64,000 bases of DNA, from positions 28,101-92,100 of the forward strand of contig JBHHZJ010000001.1 of NCBI GenBank assembly GCA_046758005.1, given 5' to 3'. Below the pieces are notes generated by a model. It was given only the letters and a program-made list of their open reading frames with translations. It did no database searches and had not been told where the DNA came from. The DNA is from Kiloniellaceae bacterium (GTDB lineage Bacteria > Pseudomonadota > Alphaproteobacteria > Kiloniellales > J153). A program made the position numbers and the translations under genes. Positions 37,586-46,569 of the stretch are shown here, piece after piece; positions within the stretch are counted from its first letter, which is position 1, and each line of letters begins with the position of its first letter.

Positions 37586-38677
37586 ATGTCGCCGGAGGAC
37601 GCCATAACAAGCGGCAGCCAGCGGACCTACCGGGACGCCGGGGTCGACATCGACGCCGGCCACGCGCTGGTCGAGGCGATCAAGCCGCTGGCCAGGGCCA
37701 CGGCGCGGCCCGGCGCCGAGGCGGCGCTCGGCGGCTTCGGCGCCTGTTTCGACCTCAAGGCCGCCGGCTACCGCGACCCGATCCTGGTGGCCGCGACCGA
37801 CGGCGTCGGCACCAAGGTGAAGCTCGCCATAGCCGCGGGCAAGCACGACACCGTCGGCGTCGACCTCGTCGCCATGTGCGCCAATGACCTCGTGGTGCAG
37901 GGCGCGGAGCCGCTGTTCTTCCTGGATTATTTCGCCACCGCCAAGTTGGACGTCGCGACCGCGCGCGCGGTCGTTGCCGGCATCGCGGCGGGCTGCCGCG
38001 AAGCCGGCTGTGCGCTCGTCGGCGGTGAGACGGCGGAGATGCCCGGCCTGTACGCGGCCGGCGACTACGACCTCGCGGGCTTCGCCGTGGGCGCGGTGGA
38101 GCGCGGCCGGGCGCTGCCCGGCGCGACCGTCGCCGAGGGCGACGTGGTCCTCGGCCTGGCCTCGAGCGGCCTGCACGCCAACGGCTTCTCGCTGGTGCGC
38201 CGGGTGGTGGCGGACCTGCGGCTCGACACCGCGGCGCCCGCGCCGTTCGCTCCGGCGCGCACGCTCGGTGAGGCGCTGCTCGCGCCGACGCGCATTTACG
38301 TCAAGAGTTGCCTGGCCGCCGTCCGGGCCAGCCGGATCAAGGCGCTCGCGCACATCACCGGCGGGGGCCTGGTGGAGAACCTGCCGCGCGTGCTGGCCCC
38401 CGAGGTGGCGGCCGAGCTGGACGCCGCCGCCTGGCCCGCGCCCGCGGTCTTCAAGTGGCTGTCCCAAGCCGGCGGCGTGCCGGCGCGCGAGATGGTCCGC
38501 ACCTTCAACTGCGGCGTCGGCATGGCCGCGGTGGTGGCGCCGGAGCACGCGGCGGCGGCGAGCGAATTGTTCCGCCGGCATGGCGAGACGGTGTTCCGCA
38601 TCGGGCGGACCGTGCGGCGGACGGCGGGCGCGCCGGGGGTGCGGCTCGAAAACGTGGAGGCCGTGGCCGGGCCATGA
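37586..38677 (+). CDS. purM: Phosphoribosylformylglycinamidine cyclo-ligase (AIR synthetase)
   Basis: [11 protein letters not shown]...GGFGA.F...DP.LV..TDGVGTK...DLVAMC.NDL...GA.PLFFLDY...GGETAEMPG... is canonical PurM. Confidence 0.95.
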   Translation: MSPEDAITSGSQRTYRDAGVDIDAGHALVEAIKPLARATARPGAEAALGGFGACFDLKAAGYRDPILVAATDGVGTKVKLAIAAGKHDTVGVDLVAMCANDLVVQGAEPLFFLDYFATAKLDVATARAVVAGIAAGCREAGCALVGGETAEMPGLYAAGDYDLAGFAVGAVERGRALPGATVAEGDVVLGLASSGLHANGFSLVRRVVADLRLDTAAPAPFAPARTLGEALLAPTRIYVKSCLAAVRASRIKALAHITGGGLVENLPRVLAPEVAAELDAAAWPAPAVFKWLSQAGGVPAREMVRTFNCGVGMAAVVAPEHAAAASELFRRHGETVFRIGRTVRRTAGAPGVRLENVEAVAGP

Positions 38678-39336
38678 CGGATGCGCGCCGCAAGCGCGTG
38701 GGCGTGATGATCTCCGGCCGTGGCAGCAACCTGCAGGCCCTGCTGGACGCCTGCGCCGATCCCGCCTACCCGGCGAAGATCGTGATTGTCATCTCGAACG
38801 AGCCGGAGGCCTACGGCCTCGCCCGGGCGGAAAAGGCGGGGGTGCCGACCCGCACGCTCCGGCACCGCGACTATGCGACGCGCGAGGCCTTCGACGCGGC
38901 CGTGACCGCCGTGCTGGAGGAGGCCGGGGTGGACCTGGTGTGCATGGCCGGGTTCATGCGCCTGGTCACCGAAGGCTTCGTCGCGCGCTGGACGGACCGC
39001 CTGATCAACATCCATCCGTCGCTCCTGCCGTCCTTCCGCGGGCTGGACACCCACGCGCGGGCGCTCGCCGCCGGGGCCAAGCTGCACGGCTGCACGGTCC
39101 ATTTCGTCCGCTTCGAGGTCGACCACGGGCCGATCATCGGTCAGGCGGCGGTGCCGGTCCTGCCCGGCGACACCGAGGCCAGCCTGGCCGCGCGCGTGCT
39201 CGAGGCCGAGCACCGACTCTATCCGCACTGCCTGCGGCTCGTCGCGGAGGGGCGCGTCCGCGTGGCCGGCGAGGTCGCGGAGATTACCGATCCGAACGCC
39301 AATCCCGGGGCGCGCCTGATCAACCCGGCGCCTTGA
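38674..39336 (+). CDS. purN: Phosphoribosylglycinamide formyltransferase
   Basis: [28 protein letters not shown]..., [21 protein letters not shown]...D.GPII. The ATG at 38674 overlaps the purM stop (ATGA). 220 aa. Confidence 0.95.
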   Translation: MTDARRKRVGVMISGRGSNLQALLDACADPAYPAKIVIVISNEPEAYGLARAEKAGVPTRTLRHRDYATREAFDAAVTAVLEEAGVDLVCMAGFMRLVTEGFVARWTDRLINIHPSLLPSFRGLDTHARALAAGAKLHGCTVHFVRFEVDHGPIIGQAAVPVLPGDTEASLAARVLEAEHRLYPHCLRLVAEGRVRVAGEVAEITDPNANPGARLINPAP

Positions 39337-39626
39337 CGCATCCATGCAGCGCCTTGAAATGACAATACAAAACGTGGCCATGCGCCGCACGCGCGACGGT
39401 GGCACCGGGCCCGGACCGCGCGGTGCGGGCCGCGGACTCCTCGATCACGGCAGGCCAAGGGGGGGATACGTGCCTGTCCAAGGGGAAAGCCGGCGGTTTC
39501 CGGCTTGTGGAAGGGAAATGGATGGTCTTCATGGTCCGGAGGGTCACACCGGCTCGCGGTTGTTGTAATTCGGATGGCGAATCCGCAAGATCGCGCTTGC
39601 ACACCGAGTCAAATGGGACATGTCCG

Positions 39627-40397
39627 ATGCAGAATGTTCACGTCGTCGGTAAGGGCGCGGCCTCCGGCGAGGCCGCCCAAACCGACCAAATCTTCGCCGA
39701 AACGGCCGAGCAAGGCGATTTTCGCTTCGGCAAGGAGACGGCCAAGGTCTTTGACGACATGGTCGGCCGCTCGGTGCCGTTCTACGACGAAATCCAACGG
39801 ATGACGTCGGAATTGGCCGGGACATTTGCGGTGAGCGGCTCCTATCTCTACGACCTCGGTTGCGCCACGGGGACAACGCTCGCGCTGCTCGACGGAACCG
39901 TCAACGACGGCGTGCACTTCGTCGGCGTGGACAACTCCGAGGAGATGCTGGCCCAGGCGCGCAAGAAGCTGGAGGCGCTGGGCGGCAAGAGGACCGTGGA
40001 TCTGGTGTTGGCCGACGTCAACGAGATGCCGGCCATGCAGCCGACATCGGTCGTGGTGATGAACCTGACCTTGCAGTTTGTGCGGCCACTGTATCGTGAG
40101 CGCGTGTTGGGCCAGATATTCGATGCGCTGTTGGAAAACGGCTGCCTGATCCTCGTCGAGAAACTGACGGTGAAGGATTCGCGCCTGAACCGCCTGTTCA
40201 TCGAGTATTACTACGACCTGAAACGGCGTAACGGCTATTCCGAAATCGAGATCGCGCGGAAGCGGGAGGCGCTCGAGAACGTCCTGATCCCGTACCGGCT
40301 GGAGGAGAACCTGCAACTCCTGGAGACCGCGGGCTTCAAGACGACCGAGATGTTTTTCCGCTGGTACAATTTCTGCGGTCTCCTGGCGGTGAAATAG
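39627..40397 (+). CDS. cmoA: Carboxy-S-adenosyl-L-methionine synthase CmoA-family protein
   Basis: 256 aa, colinear with E. coli CmoA: DFRFGKETAKVFDDMVGRSVPFYDEI (Ec [26 protein letters not shown]), YDLGCATG, VGVDNSEEM, VVMNLTLQFV, YYYDLKRRNGYSEIEIARKREALENVL (Ec [26 protein letters not shown]), and the C-terminal WYNFCGLLAVK (Ec CFNFGSLVALK). Confidence 0.85.
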   Translation: MQNVHVVGKGAASGEAAQTDQIFAETAEQGDFRFGKETAKVFDDMVGRSVPFYDEIQRMTSELAGTFAVSGSYLYDLGCATGTTLALLDGTVNDGVHFVGVDNSEEMLAQARKKLEALGGKRTVDLVLADVNEMPAMQPTSVVVMNLTLQFVRPLYRERVLGQIFDALLENGCLILVEKLTVKDSRLNRLFIEYYYDLKRRNGYSEIEIARKREALENVLIPYRLEENLQLLETAGFKTTEMFFRWYNFCGLLAVK

Positions 40398-40401
40398 ACG
40401 C

Positions 40402-41160
40402 ATGGCTGCCGAAACCCGCCCCGGGCCGCGCAAGCCCTTCACCATTCGCTGCGGCGACTGGCTGTTCAAATACCGCAACCTGGCGTTCACGGCGTTTCTG
40501 GCGGCGCTCTTCATCGGCTTCCGGCCGAGGCCGTTTCTGGGCGACCCGGGCGCGGACCATTGGCTCGACCTCGCGGGCATTCTGGTGGCGCTCGCCGGGT
40601 CGGCGTTCCGCTTCTGGGTCATCGGCCTCGCCTACATCAAGCGCGGTGGCGTCAATAAGAAAATCCATGCCGACAGGCTGGTCGTCTCGGGGATGTTCGG
40701 TGTCTGCCGTAATCCCCTCTACGTCGGGAACGCGCTGGTTCTCCTCGGCCTGTTCCTGATCCACAACAATCCCTGGGTCTACGCGATCGGCCTGTGCGTC
40801 TTTGGATTTTCCTATTGGAGCATGGTTGTCGCGGAGGAATGGTTCCTCGCGCAGAAGTTCGGCGACGAGTACGCGCGCTACTGCGCGGACGTGACCCGCT
40901 TTTGGCCCGACTTCTCGCGCTACTCACAGGCGGCGCGGGGTATGGTCTTCAATTGGCGTCGGTCGATTATCAAGGATTATTCCAGCATCGTTGCCTGGGT
41001 CGCGACGGTCGTCGCCTTGCTCACGTACGAGCGGGTTCTGTGGACCGGTGACACGGCCGAGGGATTTAGCATGGTTGTCCCCGGCGGCTTGCTTCTGCTT
41101 GCCGCAATTTTCCTCGTCACCGTAAGAGGTTTGAAAAAATCAGGCCTGCTCAAAGAGTAG
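40402..41160 (+). CDS. Integral-membrane methyltransferase of the ICMT / phospholipid-methyltransferase (PEMT) superfamily
   Basis: Starts 4 nt after the cmoA stop. 252 aa with at least 6 hydrophobic helices. Family motifs: LVVSGMFGVCRNPLYVGNALVLLG (canonical RHPxYxG with His replaced by Asn) and EEWFLAQKFGDEYARYCADVTRFWP (EE..L...FG..Y..Y...V.R..P). Confidence 0.75.
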   Translation: MAAETRPGPRKPFTIRCGDWLFKYRNLAFTAFLAALFIGFRPRPFLGDPGADHWLDLAGILVALAGSAFRFWVIGLAYIKRGGVNKKIHADRLVVSGMFGVCRNPLYVGNALVLLGLFLIHNNPWVYAIGLCVFGFSYWSMVVAEEWFLAQKFGDEYARYCADVTRFWPDFSRYSQAARGMVFNWRRSIIKDYSSIVAWVATVVALLTYERVLWTGDTAEGFSMVVPGGLLLLAAIFLVTVRGLKKSGLLKE

Positions 41161-41451
41161 CAAGACGTACGTCGCCGGAGACTCTGCGGCATTCGGCGCT
41201 CGTTCAAGCCGCGGCCGAAACGGACGACCCGGGCGCTCTTGGCCGACCGTCGTGACGCGGGTGTCCCTCGTGGGCGCAGGTCTTGCGCGGGTCCGCTTGC
41301 CTGCGACCATGACGACCGGCAAATCGGGACGGGCAGGCGCTGGGCGTCTGTCCCGTGCAGGGTGCGCCGCTCGCCCGGTTCGGCATGTCGCCGGGCGGAG
41401 CGAGACGCGGCCTCGCGTTCGCGCGAACCCGGCCGGGGGACCTAATCGGTC

Positions 41452-42153
41452 ATGTCGAGCGGCAGCTCCCGATCATCACAGCGCCGGTCGATCGTCGTCG
41501 GGGTCGTTGTCCTGGCCGGGATCGCGCTGGGGACCGCGCTGGCCCTGGTGGCGGTGTCGCTCGGCTGGGATTACGGCTTGGCGATGCAAGACGTCGAACG
41601 GACGATCCGGTCCTGGGGCGCCTTGGGGGTCGCCGCCGCCATCGGCTTGATGGTGGTCCATTCGTTCGTGCCCTTCCCGGCAGAGTTCCTCGCCATCGCC
41701 AACGGGATGCTGTACGGGCCGGTCTGGGGCACGGTCATCACCTGGACCGGCGCCATGCTCGGCGCGTTTCTCGCCTTCGGCCTGGCGCGCTGGCTCGGCC
41801 GACCGTTCGCGGAAATCGTGATCGCCAGGCGCAACTGGCACGCGATCGACGATTGGACTGCCGAGCGCGGCGCCTACGTGGTCCTGGTCAGCCGCCTCAT
41901 CCCGTTGATCGCGTTCAACCTGATCAACTACGCCGCAGGCCTAAGCCGCATATCCTGGTGGACCTTCGCCTGGACCACGGGGGTGGGCATCCTGCCGCTG
42001 ACCGTCCTCATGGTGGTCATGGGCCACAGCGTCCACACCCTGGGGTGGGAGTCGTGGGCGGCGCTGGTCGCCGGCGCGCTGGTGCTTTGGCTGGCGCTGC
42101 GCCGCCGGCTAAGGCCGCCGGGCGCCCGCAAGCCGGACAGCCTCCACCGATAA
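41452..42153 (+). CDS. TVP38/TMEM64 (DedA-related, SNARE-associated) family membrane protein
   Basis: VPFPAEFLAIANGMLYGPVWGTVITWTGAMLGAFLAFGLARWLGRPF...VLVSRLIPLIAFNLINYAAGLS is the family signature. Confidence 0.8.
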   Translation: MSSGSSRSSQRRSIVVGVVVLAGIALGTALALVAVSLGWDYGLAMQDVERTIRSWGALGVAAAIGLMVVHSFVPFPAEFLAIANGMLYGPVWGTVITWTGAMLGAFLAFGLARWLGRPFAEIVIARRNWHAIDDWTAERGAYVVLVSRLIPLIAFNLINYAAGLSRISWWTFAWTTGVGILPLTVLMVVMGHSVHTLGWESWAALVAGALVLWLALRRRLRPPGARKPDSLHR

Positions 42154-42290
42154 TTCGCATTGCGCGCGAGCCGCATGGACCCGCCCGCGCGGGCCGCAGC
42201 GCGGGCTTGCCCAAGCGCGACGGGATCGGGTAAGACATCGCCCGGACGTGGCCCCGCATGAGCGCCGGGGCACCTGCGGAGAGGGACGGG

Positions 42291-42413
42291 ATGGCCGAGA
42301 ACGAAATGCTCGAGGAACACCAGCGGACCTGGCACGGCTTCGTCAAGCTGTTGGTCTACTCGGTGGCGGCCGTCGTGCTCACCCTGATCCTGATGGCGGC
42401 GTTCCTGCTCTAG
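42291..42413 (+). CDS. Small (40 aa) single-pass membrane protein, aa3-type cytochrome oxidase subunit IV-like (PF07835-like)
   Basis: Not in the track. GGAGAGGGA, then 4 nt, then ATG at 42291. Product is MAENEMLEEHQRTWHGFVKLLVYSVAAVVLTLILMAAFLL*, with high GC3. It resembles the small alphaproteobacterial CoxIV-type peptides. The assignment is tentative. Confidence 0.45.
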   Translation: MAENEMLEEHQRTWHGFVKLLVYSVAAVVLTLILMAAFLL

Positions 42414-42489
42414 GAACGCGGCCCGCCAAGGCGAGTTTGCCGGCAGACGCGGCACTGCGTGTGAGCGCGGCCGAGCGCCAGTGGCCGGC

Positions 42490-42912
42490 TCAGCCGACGA
42501 TGTCCACCTCGGAGAAGAAGAAGGCGATCTCCCTGACCGCGGTCTCGGGGGAATCGGAGCCGTGGACCGAGTTGGCCTCGAGCGACTCGCCGTAGAGCGC
42601 CCGGATGGTGCCGGGTGCGGCCTTGGCCGGGTCGGTGGCACCCATGACCTCGCGATTGGTCTCGATCGCGCTCTCGCCTTCCAGCACCTGGACGACCACC
42701 GGACCCGAGCTCATGAACTCGCACAGGCTGGCGAAGAACGGTCGCTCCTTATGCACGGCGTAGAAGGCCTCGGCCTGGGCACGGGTCAGACGCGTGCGCC
42801 GCTGCGCCACGACGCGCAGGCCGGCATCCTCGAGGCAGGTAAGGACCTTGCCCGTGATGTTGCGCCGTGTCGCGTCCGGCTTGATGATCGACAGCGTCCT
42901 CTCGATGGCCAT
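42490..42912 (-). CDS. ndk: Nucleoside diphosphate kinase
   Basis: [14 protein letters not shown]...[13 protein letters not shown]...R..MGATDP..A.PGTIR......NSVHGSDS...A..EI.FFF includes the catalytic NxxHGSD. The ATG at 42912 gives 140 aa. Confidence 0.95.
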   Translation of the reverse strand: MAIERTLSIIKPDATRRNITGKVLTCLEDAGLRVVAQRRTRLTRAQAEAFYAVHKERPFFASLCEFMSSGPVVVQVLEGESAIETNREVMGATDPAKAAPGTIRALYGESLEANSVHGSDSPETAVREIAFFFSEVDIVG

Positions 42913-43036
42913 GGGCTCGGGTTCCCCTTGTGGATCCGCAGGTTTCGGCCTTATAGCGGGCGCGCCGGCCACGGGCAACCGGCGGGCGCGGCGTGTCTTT
43001 CGGCCCGCGCGCGTGCGTGCTATCACGCCGCCCGCG

Positions 43037-44938
43037 ATGCTGCAGATCAAGGACATCGTCTACCGCGCCGGGGGCCGGACCCTGTTCGACGGCGCCACCG
43101 TGAGCGTGGCCAGAGGCGAGCGCGTCGGCGTGGTCGGGCGCAACGGCAGCGGCAAGACCACGCTGCTTGGCCTGATCTCCGGGGCGCTGGCGCTCGACGG
43201 CGGGACGATCCGATTACCGCGCGGCGTGCGCATCGGAAAAGTGGCCCAGGATGCGCCCTCGGGGCCCGAAAACGTGATCGACACGGTGCTGGCTGCGGAC
43301 CGGGAGCGCACGGCCCTGCTCGCCGAGGCGGCGCAGGGTCCCGACTCCGCGCGCCTTGCCGAGATCCACGAGCGCCTGGCCGCCATCGGCGCCGACAGCG
43401 CTCCGGCCCGGGCGGCACGCATCCTGGCCGGGCTCGGCTTCGACGAGGCGGCGCAGCAACGCCCGTGCGCGGAGCTTTCGGGCGGCCGGCGCATGCGCGT
43501 CTCGCTGGCCGCGCTGCTGTTTTCCGAGCCCGAACTCTTGCTGCTCGACGAGCCGACCAACCACCTGGACCTCGAAGCCACGCTGTGGCTCGAGGGCTAC
43601 CTCAAGGGCTATCCCGGCACGTTGCTCCTGGTCTCGCACGACCGGGACCTGCTCAACCGCGTCGCGCGCAAGATCGTCCATCTCGAGGCCAGCAAGCTGG
43701 TCCTCTACACCGGCAACTACGACCGCTTCGCGCGCACGCGGCGCGAACGGCTCGAGCGCAGGGCGGCCATGCGCACCCGGCAATTGGCCGAGCGCCGCCG
43801 CATTCAGGCCTTCATCGACCGCTTCCGGGCCAAGGCGACCAAGGCGCGCCAAGCGCAGTCGCGCCTCAAGGCCCTGGGCCGAATGGGTGCGCTCGCCGCG
43901 GCGGTCGAGGAGCGCGCGGTCCGGTTCGAATTCCCGGCGCCGGCCCCGCTCGCCCCGCCGCTGCTCGCGCTGGAGGGGGCGAGCGCCGGCTACGCGCTCG
44001 GCGTCCCGGTGCTGCGCGGCCTCGACCTGCGCCTCGACATGGACGACCGTGTCGCGCTGCTGGGCGCCAACGGCAACGGCAAGTCCACGTTCGTGAAGCT
44101 CCTGGCCGGCCGGCTGGAGCCGCGCGGCGGCCGGATGGTCAAGTCGGCCAAGCTCAAGGTCGGCTACTTCGCCCAGGACCAGGCCGAGGAGCTCGACCTC
44201 CAGGCGAACCCGCTCCAGCTCATGGAGCGCGCCCTGCCGGCGGAGCCGGAGCCCCGCCTGCGCGCCCATCTCGCCCGCTTCGGTTTCGGCGAGGCGCACG
44301 TTAGGCTGCGCGTGGGCGACCTGTCTGGCGGCGAGAAGGCGCGTCTGCTGTTCGCCCTGATGACCCGCGGGGCACCGCAGCTCCTGCTCCTCGACGAGCC
44401 GACCAACCACCTCGACGTGGACGCGCGCGAGGCGCTTATCCAGGCGCTCAACGCCTTCGAGGGCGCCGTCGTCCTGGTCACGCACGACCCGCACGTGATC
44501 GCGCTCACCGCGGAGCGCCTGTGGCTGGTCGCCGACGGTACCGTGCGCCCGTTCGACGGCGACCTCGAGGATTACCGCCGACTCGTGCAGGAGCGGGGCC
44601 GGAGCGAGCGGCGCAAGGCCTCCGCCGCCCCGATCGGGGCTGCGCGTCCCAATAAACGGGACCGCCGCCGGGCCGAGGCCGCGGCCCGCGCCGCCGTGGC
44701 GCACTTGCGCGAGGCTGCCCGCCGGGCGGAAGCGAGGATCGAGGCGCTGGCCCGGGAAAAGGCGTCGCTGGAGGCGCGTCTGGCCGACCCCCAGGTCTAC
44801 GGCGGCCCGAGCGCCGAGCTGCAGGCCCTTCAGGTGCGCTTCGCCGAGGTCCAGCGGGCCCTGGCCGAAGCCGAGCAGGCTTGGCTGGAGGCGCAGGCGG
44901 CGGCGGAGGAGGAAACGGCGGCCGCGAACCAAGGGTAG
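43037..44938 (+). CDS. ABC-F family ATPase (tandem ABC domains, C-terminal coiled coil)
   Basis: Two Walker A motifs ([10 protein letters not shown]; GANGNGKST), two LSGG signatures (LSGGRRMR; LSGGEKAR), two Walker B motifs ([12 protein letters not shown] twice), no TMD, and an Arg/Ala-rich C-terminal helix. Confidence 0.9.
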   Translation: MLQIKDIVYRAGGRTLFDGATVSVARGERVGVVGRNGSGKTTLLGLISGALALDGGTIRLPRGVRIGKVAQDAPSGPENVIDTVLAADRERTALLAEAAQGPDSARLAEIHERLAAIGADSAPARAARILAGLGFDEAAQQRPCAELSGGRRMRVSLAALLFSEPELLLLDEPTNHLDLEATLWLEGYLKGYPGTLLLVSHDRDLLNRVARKIVHLEASKLVLYTGNYDRFARTRRERLERRAAMRTRQLAERRRIQAFIDRFRAKATKARQAQSRLKALGRMGALAAAVEERAVRFEFPAPAPLAPPLLALEGASAGYALGVPVLRGLDLRLDMDDRVALLGANGNGKSTFVKLLAGRLEPRGGRMVKSAKLKVGYFAQDQAEELDLQANPLQLMERALPAEPEPRLRAHLARFGFGEAHVRLRVGDLSGGEKARLLFALMTRGAPQLLLLDEPTNHLDVDAREALIQALNAFEGAVVLVTHDPHVIALTAERLWLVADGTVRPFDGDLEDYRRLVQERGRSERRKASAAPIGAARPNKRDRRRAEAAARAAVAHLREAARRAEARIEALAREKASLEARLADPQVYGGPSAELQALQVRFAEVQRALAEAEQAWLEAQAAAEEETAAANQG

Positions 44939-45049
44939 GGTCCGCTCGGGCGTCCACGCACGGCCGCGGCCGGGGCGGGAGCGATGCGGTCCGCGCCATG
45001 CTGCCCGGCGGAATTCGCGCATCCCGGCCCGGCCCGGCCGGCCTAGATT

Positions 45050-46039
45050 GTGCGTGGCCGACCGAGGGGAAGCCCCGTGAACACGCCTGCAAGCGACGCG
45101 CCGGTGGCGGCCCTGCCCGCGGCCGAGGCGATCCGATCGGACCGCGCCGCGGAGACGGGGCGCGGGATCGCGCTCATGGTGCTCGCCGTGGGCCTGTTCG
45201 CCATCATGGACGCGCTGGTCAAGTGGCTCGGCCCAACCTACCCGACCCTGCAGCTCGTCTTCTTCCGCAACCTGTTCGCGTTCGTTCCGCTGGCGGTTTA
45301 CATGCTGCGCGCGGGGTCGCTCACCGGGCTCAGGACCCGGCGGCCGTTCGCCCACGCCGTGCGCGCGCTGGTCGGCCTCGCGTCTCTCAGCTGCCTGTTC
45401 TATGCCTTCGCGCACATGCCGCTTGCCGACGTGGTGGCGATCAGCTTCGCCGCACCGCTGTTCGTGACCGCGCTCGCGGTGCCGCTTCTCGGCGAGGTGG
45501 TCGGCAGGCGGCGCTGGACCGCGGTGCTGGTCGGCTTCCTCGGCGTCCTGATCATGATCCGGCCCGACGCCGGCGTGCTCGAACCGGTCGCGATCGTCGC
45601 GCTGGCGGGCACCGTGGGTTACGCGCTGGTGATGATCTTCGTGCGCAAGCTGAGCCGCACCGAATCGAGCGCGGCGATCGTGTTCTACTACTCCTTGTCC
45701 TCGACCTTGATCGCGGGCGCCTTCATGCCGTTCCAGTGGGTGACCCCGAACGCGGAGGACCTCGTGCTCCTGATCGCGGTCGGCCTTGTCGGCGGGCTGG
45801 CGCAGATCACCGTGACCAACGCCTTCCGCCTGGCCGACGTCTCGGTCGTCGCGCCGTTCGACTACACGGCGATGATCTGGGCGGCGCTCCTGGGATTCTT
45901 CGTCTGGGGCGACATGCCCGAACTGAACATCTGGATCGGCGTGGCCGTCGTCGTGGCCAGCGGGGTCTACATCGCCCGCCGGGAGACGCGCCTCGGCCTG
46001 CCCCGCGGCATCGCCCGCCGCCTCCACGCGCGGCGGTGA
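45050..46039 (+). CDS. DMT superfamily (EamA) transporter
   Basis: Ten predicted TM segments with two EamA halves (LFAIMDALVKWL...; ...GDMPELNIWIGVAVVVASGVY). The start is either the GTG at 45050 or the GTG at 45077; the latter follows GAGGGGAAG. Confidence 0.8.
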   Translation: MRGRPRGSPVNTPASDAPVAALPAAEAIRSDRAAETGRGIALMVLAVGLFAIMDALVKWLGPTYPTLQLVFFRNLFAFVPLAVYMLRAGSLTGLRTRRPFAHAVRALVGLASLSCLFYAFAHMPLADVVAISFAAPLFVTALAVPLLGEVVGRRRWTAVLVGFLGVLIMIRPDAGVLEPVAIVALAGTVGYALVMIFVRKLSRTESSAAIVFYYSLSSTLIAGAFMPFQWVTPNAEDLVLLIAVGLVGGLAQITVTNAFRLADVSVVAPFDYTAMIWAALLGFFVWGDMPELNIWIGVAVVVASGVYIARRETRLGLPRGIARRLHARR

Positions 46040-46068
46040 GCGGCCCGACCGGCTTCCGGGAGGCCGCC

Positions 46069-46518
46069 TCAGCCGTTCTGCGCCCAGCGACCGGCTTCGT
46101 CCTGCTGCCAGTAGCTGACCTCGTGGCCGGCTTCCTTGAAGGCGCTCCATTGCGCGCGCGCGGCGGCCACCGCGTCCGGGTCGTTGCCGTCGAACAGCAC
46201 CGCGCAGCGCACGTAGTCGCCGATGCGCGCGGACGCGGCGGCGTCGGTCAGGAACAGCACCTCGGCGCCGTTCGGCCGCTCGTCCCGGTCGGTCAGCCAG
46301 ATGGGCTGATGCTCGCCGTGGCCGTCCTCGGCCGAGCCGTGCGGCAGGAACGAGCGGTCGTTGTATGTCCACAGCAAGGCGTTGAGCGCCTCGACGCGCT
46401 CCTTCGACCCGGCCAGCACCACCGCGCGCTGGCCGCGCTCCAGCGTCTTCTCCAGCATCTGCGGCAGCGCGCGCTCCAGCGTGGTGCGGGTCAGGTGATA
46501 GAAGCGCACTTCGGTCAT
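46069..46518 (-). CDS. holC: DNA polymerase III subunit chi
   Basis: MTEVRFYHLTRTTLERALPQMLEKTLERGQRAVVL...LWTY...FLPHG is the HolC pattern. It sits downstream of pepA, the conserved pepA-holC pairing. Confidence 0.85.
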   Translation of the reverse strand: MTEVRFYHLTRTTLERALPQMLEKTLERGQRAVVLAGSKERVEALNALLWTYNDRSFLPHGSAEDGHGEHQPIWLTDRDERPNGAEVLFLTDAAASARIGDYVRCAVLFDGNDPDAVAAARAQWSAFKEAGHEVSYWQQDEAGRWAQNG

Positions 46519-46569
46519 GTTCGGTTGACGGACGTCAGATGACGGTTGTCGGCTTACAGATGTGAGGTA

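Noticed and set aside
39328-39357. The 9-bp direct repeat GCGCCTTGA (39328-39336 and 39349-39357) at the purN stop, considered as a target-site duplication for the cmoA islet.
   Set aside because: Both copies lie at the left edge only, 21 bp apart. I found no matching copy at the right boundary (around 41160-41450) and no integrase, transposase or tRNA nearby, so it is not evidence for a defined mobile element.
39440-39626. Assigning the cmoA leader to a known SAM riboswitch class (SAM-II, SAM-V or SAM/SAH).
   Set aside because: I could not align the leader to the remembered consensus features of these classes by eye. Naming a class would be a guess, so I kept it only as an unclassified structured leader.
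43214-46372. 1052-aa ORF on the minus strand spanning the ABC-F and DMT genes and running into holC.
   Set aside because: Low-complexity Arg/Gly/Pro-rich translation. It crosses two intergenic regions and overlaps three well-supported genes, so it is a GC-driven shadow ORF.
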